This document shows positions 15,854-40,209 of a stretch of 64,000 nt of DNA, piece after piece. How positions within the stretch are numbered: the first letter of the stretch is position 1; each line of letters starts with the position of its first letter. The DNA comes from Amoebidium appalachense (taxonomy: Eukaryota > Protista > Ichthyosporea). Where the stretch lies: assembly GCA_963693365.1 (NCBI GenBank), contig CAVNZM010000017.1, forward strand, positions 3,091,527 to 3,155,526, given 5' to 3'. The position numbers were made by a program, and so were the translations under genes. The notes below the pieces were generated by a model. That model did not search any database, had not been told where the DNA came from, and was given only the letters and a program-made list of their open reading frames with translations.

Positions 15854-17518
15854 GGGGGGGCTGTGTGTGTGCGTGCACACGTGCATGCGTGTGTGTGTTT
15901 AAGTTTGTGTATGGTGTGCGGGTGTGCAGGTGGTGAGCAGTGGGGAAGGTGGGGGGGGAGGAGGAGGGGTTAGACATCATGAAACGACGGATACAGGAGG
16001 GGGAGGGGATTGGGAGAGGGGGCTTTTCTTTCCCCCTCCCGGGGGGGGGGGGGGGGGGAGGGGAGGGGGGAAAGAGGGGGGGGGGGGGGGGGGGGGGGGG
16101 AATAAAGAGAGGGACAAGCAGAAATACCTGGATTTGGCCAAGTTAAGGTTTCGATTATAAAGTACCAAGTGTGGGCAAATAGAGGATGCAAAAGAAGAAA
16201 AGTAGCAAATGCATATCATACGGCTCACCTGTTGCCACAATTCTCACACCTGCATGCCTGGGTGCATGCCCGCTTGTTCTTTGCGCATATGCAACGCTCA
16301 TGCCCATCGTATGCCTGCACTTTTCCCCCGCCGTTCTTAAAACCACAAAAAAAACGTGTTCTATCCTTACTGTTTCTATTACAGCTGCAGCCCTTGGCGG
16401 GCAACCCACCGAACGTGTCAGTTGTGTTAGCGTTAGACGCCAACTCCGTCGAGTTTTCCGTGTCAACTGAGTGTGATGTCTGTGTTTGGTTGTTGTCCGA
16501 GATTTTGTTCGCATGCGACAAGCGAGGTATTACCACTGAGTAATGATCTGCTGCACCGTTAAGTGATACGGGTATGGCAATGTTGGGTTCGATGACGGTG
16601 GGTGGAGTGACCGCAACTACACCGTGATTGGCAATCGTGCTAAAAATGGTTATTGGTATGCGGAGTGCGTTGGCTAAGCCCAGCACCATCGCGTCACCGG
16701 CTGCAGAAGCAAAATGGGCGCACCGAGGACAGCGGAAATCATCAGCTACGTATGCGAGGGTCACCCTTGAAAGGAATCCTTGGTATTCTGCTAGATTTCG
16801 CCGCCATTCGTTTACCATTAGTTCGCGTAGCCGTCCAATCGCCTCTATAGGCTCCATATTAGCTGTAAACCCCAATGTGTTGAGGTGTTCACGGGTAGCT
16901 ACATGACCGCTTTGTAGATACTGATTGATATAATGCCACACCGAATGAAACAAACAGTTGCCGTCAGCGGGTGTTTCCATAAGCTCCATTCTCCAGGCAC
17001 CCAGAATTTGAAGAAGGCGTTGTTGCTGGACCTCAGGTGGCCCGGATATGTCCCTGTGTTGCACATCACAAGGAAGAATAAGCAAAGACAAGAAGTGGGA
17101 GGGTGACGTAGGGCAGTGGTGGTGGGGTGGGTGACAGTGGGGTGGGATTGGGGGGGGGGGGGGGGGGGGGGGGAGGGGGAAGAGAGAGAAAGACAGATTA
17201 TGGGGAAGGCGGAAAGGCCGAGGAGCAGAACAAGGGAAACCTTGGCGTGTGTGTGTGTGTGCGTGTGTGGGTGGGTTGGGGTTGGGGGGGGGGGGTTGGG
17301 GGGGGGGGGGGGCATTAGATTATTAACAATTCTATAAGTGAATAAGAGTGTGTGCGCTCGTGGCTGCGAGGGGAGGGTGCATGCGTGCATGCATGGGTGC
17401 GTTCGTGTGTGCAGGTGTGTGAAAGGGGAGGGGTGTGTGTGTGGGGGGGGAGGGGGTTAGGCACTCTGAAGGGGGCCGGGCAGGTGTAAGGGAGTACTGA
17501 TGAAGGAGGGGCTATGAA

Positions 17519-17553
<35 letters not shown>

Positions 17554-17913
17554 AGATGCAGATGCTTTCAAATAGGTGGAAGAGAAGCAGGGAGCTTCCA
17601 AAAAGGTAGGATGGAAGATATAGGTATACTATTAGAGAATAATGAGAATTAGGGGAGGTAAGAGGTAATGGAGGACTTGAAAAGGAGGGACGAATGGGCA
17701 GAGGCCCTCCTGAGGGGGAGGGGGGGGGGGGAGGGGGGAACAGGACAGGCATAATAAGTGGGCCTGGGGAGGCAGGTTGTCTGACAAAAAACTGGTGTCA
17801 CTTGGGTTGGAAGGAGAGATGGATTGATACGTGCAAGGAAGTAAGGAGGTGGAGCAGTTGGGAGGAAGAATTGTGGGAAGGAGGAGAGGGGGAGGGGGAT
17901 GCACAAAAGGGGG

Positions 17914-17947
<34 letters not shown>

Positions 17948-18382
17948 GGGGAGGAAGGGGGATGGGGGAAAGGGGAGGAGGCCCTGCAGGGAAAGGGGGG
18001 GGAGAGGCGAGAGGGAGGGAGCGGGGGGGCGTTGGAGGGGAAGGGGGGGGGGGGGGGGGGGGGGGGTTCGGCAGGAAGCACCTGGCAAGCTGTATGTCTG
18101 CTGCCACGGCCTCGTCAAAGAACACTAGAGTGAAGAGCAGATGATCCGGGTCCTGTGCTGCTAAAGCAAACCCTTCGGAGCTGTGCACAGACCCAATCAG
18201 CTTGCGCATCGCACGCCGGGCGTTAAGCTTGCGGCCTGCTAGGCGCACACATGTTGACACGTTGAATGAACCGGGGCTCTCGTCACTTGACCCCTCATCG
18301 TCATCGTCAGAGCCATCACTGTCGAAAGACCCAACCTCCATACCACACTCAGGCAAGGAACGGTTGCCATTATTGCCATAAG
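14898..18382 (-). CDS. Transposon-borne spliced gene: acidic region + OTU-family cysteine protease + CXC (tesmin-like) + Myb/SANT-like domain
   Basis: Exons 18382-18082, 17053-16229 and 15624-14898 join in phase at GT-AG sites. OTU motifs PADGNCLFHSV and DHYSVV; CXC-like GCSC...CICAKNKRACTQACRCENCGN; Myb-like GRWSDAETALIE...KTLKQIKSKIEHI. Start codon not located. Confidence 0.8.
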
Positions 18383-18486
18383 CTGCAGAGTGAACACAAA
18401 GACAGGGTGAGAGAATAGCTGGTCAATGGTTGCCAGGTCTATAAAGAACCCACTCCCAACCGAATCCCCCATCCAACCCCCCCCCC

Positions 18487-18517
<31 letters not shown>

Positions 18518-18923
18518 AACATACATACACACACACATACACACACACACACCGCCCACACCCTCCCCCACCCCCCCTCTTGCTCTCGGCCCCCCCCCCC
18601 CTGCCTAATTCTCCACTTCCCCCTTCTCCCTCTCCGTCCCACCCTCCCGCCCTTCCTCTTTACCGACTGCCCTCCTCTCTTTGCCCCTCTCTTTCTGTCT
18701 TTTCCGCCATCCCTCCCTCTACCCTTTCTCCCCCTCCCTCCTTCCCTCCAACCCTCCCACCCACCCATCCTTCCCTCCCTTTCTCCCTACCCTGACCTCT
18801 CCCCCTTCCCCCCTCCCCTGTCTTTAACATACACACACAGGCACACACATACACGCCCCCCCCCCCCCCCCTCCTCCCCCTTCTCTGTACCCACCCACCC
18901 ACCCACCCACATTACACACACAA

Positions 18924-18972
<49 letters not shown>

Positions 18973-19535
18973 CAACACACACACACACTCACTACACACA
19001 CACAGGCACATACACACACAGACAAGCACACACCCACAGGCATACACCGTGACACACAGAAACTCTCTACCCACTATCCTGTACTGCCTCTTGACTAATT
19101 GTATGCTTAAAGGGGAAGGGAGGGAAGGGGGAAAAGCGGAGGAGTGGGCTTTAAGTGGGTACACTGCACAGAATGGTCACACAAAACATATGGAACACGT
19201 TGCCACACATACCCTATCGGGTGATAGCAACATATAAGAGGCAAGCCAAAGCAGAAAAGGCAGCATGCCATGCCAAACAGATCATGGGAGAGGCACAAAG
19301 GTCCATAAGATTAAGTGCAAGGGAAGGCCTGAGCGGTGAAGGCATTGGTATCCACAAGATGCAAAAGGACACACCTAACGTATTACATAAAAAACAACTT
19401 CTAAAACGGAGGAACCACCTGTAAGGCCCAGAACAGAGAGACAGGGGAGGGGAGAGAAAAAGTGGAAAAGAGGCAGGGGGTGGTGGGGAGAGAGGGGGGG
19501 GGAGGGGGGGGGGGGGGGGAAGGGGGGGGAATCAC

Positions 19536-20130
19536 CTGATGGACTCCCTCCGCTGTAGATGCATCTATCCGGCCGCCATGACGGGTTTGATGCCACACCC
19601 AATCCCTGAGGAAGGGCTGGGGAGGGCACGTGCCAGCTTCGACAGAGTCCTCATGATCCGCTATGCAATAATCAATGTACCGTGCAACGAATGGCTGTTC
19701 CAGCTTGGCATGATCTTTAGACCAAGATTTGTTTTCCTTAATGACTTTTTTGTTCACCCCATCTGGGTTGTTTGTTGAACCCGCTGCAGCCAAAAGACAA
19801 AAGGCGAGGATAACATGAACGAGAATCCTCAGCAAAGCCCAATGGCCTTGCCCACGTCCAATGCGGACGCGAGCATGTTTGTAACCCATGCTCACACAAA
19901 ATATGTACTACTGTCAGTTATGATCGAGCATTAAAGGGTGTTGTCTGTTTTTATTATTTTTATATGAGCCTACTGCAATATGATAAGGATGCTAGCGCTG
20001 TGTCACACCTGTCAACTGCCAGTCCAGGCTGTGACTGCCCGTTCAAGTACGCCACCACCTGCACGTGGTTGACGTGGTCTTGCTTAGCCCGCCTTTCGAG
20101 TTTATTCCTCGAATCAGACGCCACCAACGA
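19536..20130 (-). pseudogene. Probable transposase remnant (IS256/Mutator-type, inferred)
   Basis: VVAYLNGQSQ-[frameshift]-LDWQLT spliced (20009|19783) to AGST...RYIDYC...STAEGVHQ. These resemble DDE motifs of Mutator-like transposases as I recall them, with large internal and N-terminal deletions. Confidence 0.5.
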
Positions 20131-23038
20131 TGAGCCACAAAAACGGGTCAGAAAACGGGTCAGGAACGATTCGAGCTGATTCGACCCATAATAGTTCGAA
20201 CCGACCCATTTATGCCCCAAATAAATTTGGCACCAAATAATTTGGCACGAACCTGGTGACGTAAAATGTGGCACGAATTTATTTGGCACCAGCCCGCTAG
20301 CGGAGCACATCCAGGGGTATCCCCAAGCTCCTGTCGGTGCCTGGGCGACATCCTGCCCCATTTTCACCGTTTTGCAGGCTCGTGCCAAATAAATTTCGTG
20401 CCAAATATTACGTCACACCCTAGGAGCTTGGGAATTGAGGGTAGCACCACAAATGGCCAGGGGATTTCACAGCGGGTGCGCTCGCGCTTCCAAAAAAATG
20501 TCGCACTGTGGAGTGTGGACTGGCAGAAACACAGCAGTGCACACTTTTTATTGACCTCGATGAAAAAGAAATCTGCAGATAGTCCGTATCTATCTTATAA
20601 ATGCTTGGTTGAACGCTTGGAGTATCTGAAAAGGCAACAGAACCAGCAGACAGGCAGAGGTACACCAAGTTTCACACTTGCAGATCTTGAAACCACATCT
20701 GGGGATCCGTTGGTCAGGTTTGAATTGCTAAGCCCATTGCACTGAAACGAACTAACGTTGTTGTTTGACGTTTCGGGAGAGGACTTGCTGCATAACTTCC
20801 TTGGGGAAATTCTTCGCAAGGTAAACAATAGCAACTATCAACACTTAAGGTAAAGTACCTTTTAAGATGTGCAAAATGACTTCCAACGTCACAGGTCCCA
20901 TCGCCCATCCGTGTGCCGCCACCCAATCGCACATGCAGTGGATGCCCAAACAGAAAAGACAAACGACTCAAGTGAAGTCACAGGATTTATTGCTCGCGGC
21001 CGCAGCAGGCGCGACCTTCTTCTTCCAGTCAGAAGCGAGGGGGGCAATAGACGTCGACACTTCACTGTCCGCAGCCGATGCAAACCCAAGGATGGTGAAC
21101 CCACAACAGATGTTGTGCAAAGGGGATGGCCACCATTGCAAGACTGTCAGTGAGTCAAGCACGCTTCAAGTTGACCTGTGCTTGTTGATAAACGACACGA
21201 ATTCCTCCTCTGGAACATCTTCGGATTCGGGAAGCAGCAACAGTAAAACTTGCGTCGATGGTGACAGAGATGGGGGAATCTCTGCACCATGTCAATAAAC
21301 AAATCGAAGCTCAACAGGACGAGGGCCCAATTGTGAGCTTCAAGCCACGGCACCTGAACACATCCAGGCACAGGCGGCACGGTGACCTGCGGAGTACCTA
21401 CGGCATAAGTGCACACAGTAGCAACGGGGTTGGGCGGCGCACACTTGCTGCGTGCATGGTGGATGACGTCACTCAGGTCACAACAGCCGCGGCGTATGCG
21501 AGGGGGAGGCTTCTGCAGACGGCCGTGTGCGAGGTGGCTGAGGAGATGGAGTGCGAGGTTGCGTAGAGTGAGTCAACGGCCGTGGACAGTTCTTCCGGTT
21601 GCGGCAAAGACTGTGCAGAGTCTGGTTTCAATTAGGTGTTGCGGTTTATGAGCTTTCCTTTTTTTTTTTTTTTTTTGGGGGGGGGGGGGGCATATGGGGG
21701 ATACATATGTGTACCCAATCAACCACTATTATCGACATGGGCGGCAGCAATGACGTGTCGCATGAAAATAGCTATAATAATGATTCAGCTCAACATTCGA
21801 GTATAAATCATTCAGCAGCATAGCCTATGTACCGTACGATACAAGTATATAAACGGCGCACCTTAACCATGATGTGGTGATGATATCAAGGTTATGCCGC
21901 ATTAAAATTTTGTACCATGTATTGCCACGGTGACTCGAGTTGATTGGTCAAAAGTCACGTGGTGCTTGGCAATGTGTATTAATATTGAAGTGCACGTGGA
22001 TTTGATACTAAGTATACTGTATGTGACTTGTACAATCATTACATAACTGTGTAAAGCACTTGGCAATTGTAAATCTAGCACTAGTAGTCGATGATGCATG
22101 AAAGCGTTGGCTGTCGTCTACTGAGCATGGCTTTTGTGCAAATGTGATATATATAGTGGACGAGGTTGGCAAGCTGTGCATGCAGCTAAGAAATAGTGAA
22201 TGTATCAATCGAGTCAAAGGCTGCCGTACAGTATAGTTATGATACATCGATACCGTATATATATATACATATACACTAGTATGGCCTGATCTGTGATACT
22301 ATTAATATAGATTTATATAAGCGCATTAAAGCCATTTGACTATGATTGATTAGCCAGTTCGACGGCGTTAAATATATTACTAAGGTCCGCTTTGAATGTC
22401 ACGGGTACTGAGTAGCCTCATAAAATAAGGTATCCGTGTAAGTAGGCAGCGACGTTGATAAACTGTGATAAATGATTCAATATAGACCACAACTTAAGCA
22501 GAGTGTTACCTTCCGCAAACAAGTGACTGATAAACTGCCGGTCCTACGTAATTAATTTTATTCCTCTTTACCAATCGAGCGTACCAGGTCACGGGCTAGG
22601 TACTGGTTGCAGGCTACTCAGTGATAACATGTGATGGTTAGTAAGATCTGCATTCTAAGCAAAGTTTGCATAATAGTACAGTATGTGTTAAATTGGGTCT
22701 ATTGGTACATGTGTTTCACTTTCTAGGGCGGCCTTGACGGCATACAAATATGTGATTTAAAAAAAAAAAAATTATGAGGTTGTTTCCCTTTCAATTGCTA
22801 TCACGGCCATGGTTGGCATGCCGGGAAATACTGATTCCAGCTGGCTACTCGTAAATTCGCCCACTGATTTGATTCGGCCCACCCATCATGTCTGCATGTA
22901 CGTACACATCCACCAGACCCACATCGTAATTACATAACTATAACGCGGGTGCTTCGGCACACACACACGCACACTTGCGCAGGCATGCACATGGTCAAGA
23001 CACCCACCGTACAAACATGCACGTCTGTCTATGTGTGG

Positions 23039-23075
<37 letters not shown>

Positions 23076-23672
23076 CGCGCGCATGTCACGAGTGTGTGTG
23101 TGGTCCGTGTGTGTGTGTGCATGCATTACAAAGCCACCCAGTGTGTGGGCACTCTCTCTCTCTCTCAGAGTCTCCCCCCCCCCCCCCTCTATCTCTCACT
23201 CTCTCAATCTCTTTTTTAATTGGAGGTGGTGGCTGGGTGGCCTCGACGGTGATGGTGACGGTGCGGGGGGGAGGGGGGGGGGGGGGGGGGGGGGGGGGAG
23301 GGGGGGAGTTCACATTTCAAGTTATTCGTGTGTGTGGATAGTGGGTGGCCGGGTGGTGCAGCGGCAGAGAAGGAAAAAAGCAGTGCGGGGGAAGAAGGGG
23401 GGGGGGGGGGGGGGGGGGGGGGGAGGCGGGGGAGAAGGGGGCTCTGCAAGACACACTGGAAACACACCCGTGGCTCCTTATACTTTTACTGTGCTTCGGG
23501 TATTATGCACGATTCATACCTTCTCGCCCCAAGCGATCAACGGGGGGAAACATTACGGAGTCCTGAAATAAACATCGATCCCACACACAACACTAAACGA
23601 CGTTAAAATCAGGTGGGTAGGCACAGTTCATTCCCATCCTCTCACTAAGCCTGCTTTCTCAGAAAAGTGGTA

Positions 23673-23708
<36 letters not shown>

Positions 23709-23909
23709 AACAACAATAACAACAAAAAAAAAAAAAGGAAAAGAAAAAGAAAGGAAGAACAGAAAGGAAGAAACAAAAACCTACCCCCCCCCCCCCCCCT
23801 CCCCCCCACCCACCCGCCTCCCAACCCCACCAAAAACAATGCAAATAACAAACAGGGAATCGGAAACAATATCTATAACCCCCCCCCCCCCCCCCCTCCA
23901 TCACCCCCG

Positions 23910-35551
<11,642 letters not shown>

Positions 35552-35986
35552 GGATGCCTGCAACATGGAAGATGGAGGATGGAAGGTGGAAGTAGAAGGA
35601 AAGAAGGAAGAAAAAGGAAAGAAGGAAGAATGAAGGAAGAATGAAGGATGAAGAAGGAAGAAGGAAGATGGAGATTGGTCAGTTAACGTGTTGAAATGGT
35701 TGGTTTCTAATCTGTGGAGATCCACTGGTTATGCATGTGCATGTGTGGTTGCGTGTGCATTGTGACATAGCTTCCAGCATCTAAGAGGCAAAAGTGTGTT
35801 CCTGTTTGTGAGTGTAGGGCATTGAACGAACAAGAATGTGGGTGTAAGAAAATGTGAGAGGATATATGTGTAGAGAAGGACGCGTCAGGGTGATGCCCCT
35901 GCTCCTTATCAACCTCCCCAAACTTCCCCCTACCCCCTCCCCCCCTCCCCCCCCCCTTCCCCCTCTCCCTTTCCAAAAAGAGAGGG

Positions 35987-36032
<46 letters not shown>

Positions 36033-36308
36033 CATGTAGCAAAAACATCATTCTTACTACTTCCTCCGTTTACGAGCCTTGCCATTGATAGTGTTGGGCA
36101 GAGCATATATGCTACTATCAAGCACTCAAGCTACCTTTGTGCTCCAAAACCCCTTTTTACCCCCCGGTACCTTGGAACAAAGCAACCACCCACGAAAACA
36201 CCTAACCAGACGGAGTGGTGACATGCTGCACCAGAACATCGTGTATCCATGGACGTGAACATCAAAGCACACAGGCGAGCAAAAGCACACAGACACACAA
36301 CACACACG

Positions 36309-36341
<33 letters not shown>

Positions 36342-37829
36342 GTGTTCGCATACACACACGCGTGCGCGCGCACACACACACACACATGCACACACACACA
36401 CGCGCGCGCGCACGCGCACGCGCGCACAAATTTGCACATAGACACGTGAGAGGGAAAAAAGAAGAGGGAGAGGGGGGGGGGGGGGGAGGGGGGGGGGGGG
36501 GAGAGAGAGAGAGCTACAGAGGGGGGGCGGGGACAGAGAGGAGGGAGGGGGGGGGGGGGGGGGGGAGGGGGGAGAGAGAGTGAGAGAGAGAGAGAGAGAG
36601 AGAAGAAAAAAGGGAGCGAGGGAGGATAGAGAGCCCAAAAAGCGAGCAGGAGATTATGCTTAAACAAAAAACAAATAACCACACAACCCAGGGCACCCAC
36701 GCTCACACACACAACAAACACAGAAACACAGAGAGAAAAGAACACGAACGAACCCTACAGCAGACACATAAGATGAATGGGGAAAGACATCGTGGCAGCA
36801 ATTGTGATGGAAAAAAGCAGATATGAACGGGAAGGGAAGGGGGGGAGAGAGGAAGCGGGTGGGGGGGGGAGAGGGGGGGGGGGGGAGGGGGAGGGGGGGG
36901 AGGGGAGGGGGCAAGAGTTTGCAGACATGCTACCACACCCTTTCTGACACGAACACACACTATGCAGACGCAGAGCTACAAGAAGCCTCACACCAGCGCG
37001 AGCGCACACATGCCGAGAATTCATGTATGTGCCTGCGCACCTTTTAACACTGCAGACCCACGACAGGCCTCTCCTCCCCAGGTGAAAGTAGTTGGTATCC
37101 GCCAGGGGACAAAACCCAACAGCTATTGTTTTGCTTGTGGACCCGCGTTTCCCCACTACCCAACCGCCTCAAAGCCGAGTCTCCATCTACTGTATGTACC
37201 TCTATGTAACTAGGTAACTAGTTGGAACTAAGTTGTATCAGGGGTATATATATAAAAAAAAGCGACCCTGAGTCTCGAGCTAACACGGCACTGAGCTGTA
37301 CGTGAGACTCGCAAAGTGCGAATCTCGTGTCACAGTCAGACAGTTACTCACGACTCATAAGGTTTTTGATTTGCGTAAAAAAAATTGACAAAGGCTAGCC
37401 ACAATTAACCTTTTATGGCTTTGTAATGAGAGCTCGTGATTGGACTCGTGATTGGAGGAACCATGCATGATGCGGCCAGCCACCACCAATGCACAGGGTT
37501 CGAATTCAAATTGCCAAATATGCGTCACATGATGACCCCTCGTACCGGGTCGCACAAGGATGGGGGGCGTGTGAAGTTGGAATAGCTGCTAGACACGGCC
37601 ATCTAGAAACACCTAGTATCCCATCTCGCGCTGAAATTCAATAAGCACATAAGCCGCTTAAACAAGTATTTGCCCTCCCACCCTCTCTTCTCTATCCTAC
37701 CTGTCCCCTCCTCACCTCTCCCCTCTTTCCTTCCCTCTCTCTCTCCTTCTCCCCCGGGCACAAATACAAATAAACCCCGCAAAAGTGTGCGTGTGACTTT
37801 GGACTGCCACTTACTTATTAAACATGTAC

Positions 37830-38409
37830 ACAATCACAAGATAATCATGCAATATAACAAATGGAAAAAGATACCACACGACACTAGACCCGATGAAAGC
37901 AGACACCTTGAAAAACTAAGCCTTATGTCTCGTTTTATATATAATGACCGCCTCAACCATATTGCCAAATATGGCACTCGCAAATGTATAACACCTAAAT
38001 ACATATTACCTTCCTGTAGAACTGGTCTTTCTCTAGCTGATGGTATTATTGATCAATTACCACGCTTTTACTGTACACGTGCTATACAGTGGAGATCTAA
38101 TAAGTATAAGGTGGCATCGTTTGCATGCCCAAACAACACACACACACCCCAGTTTAAACGGTCATGTATCGCCAAATGTAGTTTGATAGACCACATAATA
38201 CCGCAACACACACACGTCACATTCACAACAGACACCCAGAAAGATAGCCTACCTGTAAATTACAACATCCTTGTTTTTATACTAAACACGCGTAACTACG
38301 ACCTGTTTATTAGATGTATTGATTGGCTTGAGAAACACATCACTACAAAATTCTAGCGCGCGCACACACACACACACACACACACGCACACACACACGCA
38401 CACGCACAC

Positions 38410-38460
<51 letters not shown>

Positions 38461-38709
38461 CCAGCTGATACCGAGTGTCCCAGGGGAGCCCAAAAAAGAA
38501 AAAAAAAAAAAAAAAGAAACGGGGAACCCCAACTATTTGATTTTTCTTAGTCTTTATGGTGTCTCGTAGAGAAAGTAAACCCTGATATATAGTCATCACC
38601 CGACATCTATGTACGTGATCATGATATACCGCTGAGGGGATATTCCGAGCAAAAACCCCCCACACCTGAGACTGGTCTCTCTTTGCCTGGAGTAAACAGC
38701 GTAAACCCC
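37830..38709 (+). mobile_element. 5'-truncated LINE family 2 (ORF2 C-terminus and 3' UTR)
   Basis: WRSNKY...C...FKRSCIAKCSLI...ILVFILNTRNYDLFIRCIDWL aligns by eye with the C-terminus of ORF 272-3490 (WRCNRF...FTRGC...KCNLL...ILDHLINAAQYDIVIRCLNFL). Tail shared with 11425-11980. Confidence 0.85.
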
Positions 38710-40209
38710 TATGGGTATCTACATGCTTGCATGCCCCTGTGCACCGACAAGTCATCGTATACATACGTACTCGTACTGCGTACACGCCAGTGCATCCACA
38801 AGTGTGCGAATGCTTTGTCTTCACTGTTTTTTTAGGGTGACGAAGAGTGCACGTGGGGATGAATGTACATGTTTGGACTTGTCAGAACCAAAGCAGCAGG
38901 GCATGGGGACACATGTAACTTGTTGCTAAGTCAGGCAACAAGGCATCCAGCAGGTTTTCTGGAGCCCTGCACGCGCTTGCGTACACAACGTGAAGTTGCA
39001 GGTTATTGATATGACGACCTTATGGAACAACAACCCTTATTATAGTGTAATAAGGTCCCCCCCCCCCTCCCTCCCCCCCGCTCCCCCCTCCCCCCCCCAC
39101 ACACACACACTCCTCCTCTTCCTCCGCCCACCTGCACTCCCCTTCGACACAGACAACAGACCCACCAGAACTACGACTATGAATATGACACGAGCACACC
39201 AGCATAAAAGGGCCGGAACCCGAATGTAGGGAGGTGATGGGATAAGTTTTGACAAAAAGGGAGGGGCGGGGGGGGGGGGGGTTAGAGGCTTGGAGGACTT
39301 TGGCCGTCTATCTATGCCTGAAGCCCCAGGAGTGCTTGTTTCTTACACTGCCTATCAGCACACCAGCACGCATCACATGTGTGGACGTGTCGTAAACGAT
39401 GTGTGCGTGTGTGTGAGTGAGCGAGTGGGTATGTGTGTATTCGCGCGCCCGCACGCATGCCCACGTGTATGAATCATCATTGACCGGCTTTCCAATCGTT
39501 GTAAAACGGTCCGTACTGCAACAAGTGTGTGTGCGAGGCAGCTTGAAAGCCTACTAAAGACAAGAATGATTTTACAAAACCTTCATGATATGCTTCACCA
39601 CATATTCGGATCACCAAAATCGATTCGGATGAGGATGTGGAGAGGCACATGCATGCGTAGGTAGGAAGCGCGAGATAGTGGATGTGACTTCTGTGAATTC
39701 AAGCCGGGGAGAGGGGGAAGAGGAGGAGAAGGAGAAGGAGGAGGGAGGAGGCGGGAGGGAGGGGAGGGGGGACCAAAAAAGGATGTTTAGACTAAATGGC
39801 GTCATAATGTTCTCATGCAGTACTGCATGCCGCACAAGGAAAGAGGGCATGAGGAAAGATTCCGAGTAGTTTCCAGGGCGTTTATTTCAGTCCTGTCTTT
39901 TGTGTACATTTTGTTCACCAGAAGATTGTTGCGATTTTCACTTAGTGTCTGCATCGACTTCACCTATACAAGCATTTTCTCATATCGTTTGTGAATAACT
40001 GCTGCAATGAATCAATCATGTGCTTGACCTACGGAACAAGTTCATTTTCTCTCAATGTTTTAAACGAGCTGCAACTTGTCTGACGTGGGCGTTTCTAAAT
40101 AGATACTGAAAGTCTGTTGACCGCACTCGATACGGCTTCAAATTCAGCCACCTGTAAGCACCAAAGAATACTTTCCCCCAAGAAGCCTTGGGATTGTCAT
40201 GCATTCCTT

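Larger units (their letters stand above)
13909..20448 (-). mobile_element. 6.5-kb TIR DNA transposon with 8-bp TSD
   Basis: TSD ACAAATGG at 13901-13908 and 20449-20456, with a single copy at the empty site 9559-9566. Imperfect 26-bp TIRs: GGTTGCACCCTCGTTTCCCAAGCTCC vs reverse complement of the right end GGTGCTACCCTCAATTCCCAAGCTCC (21/26). Confidence 0.93.
13733..23878. repeat. Tandem segmental duplication, copy B (interrupted by the 6.5-kb transposon)
   Basis: 13733-13908 matches 9395-9566, and 20449-23878 continues the match to 9559-13560. Confidence 0.95.
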
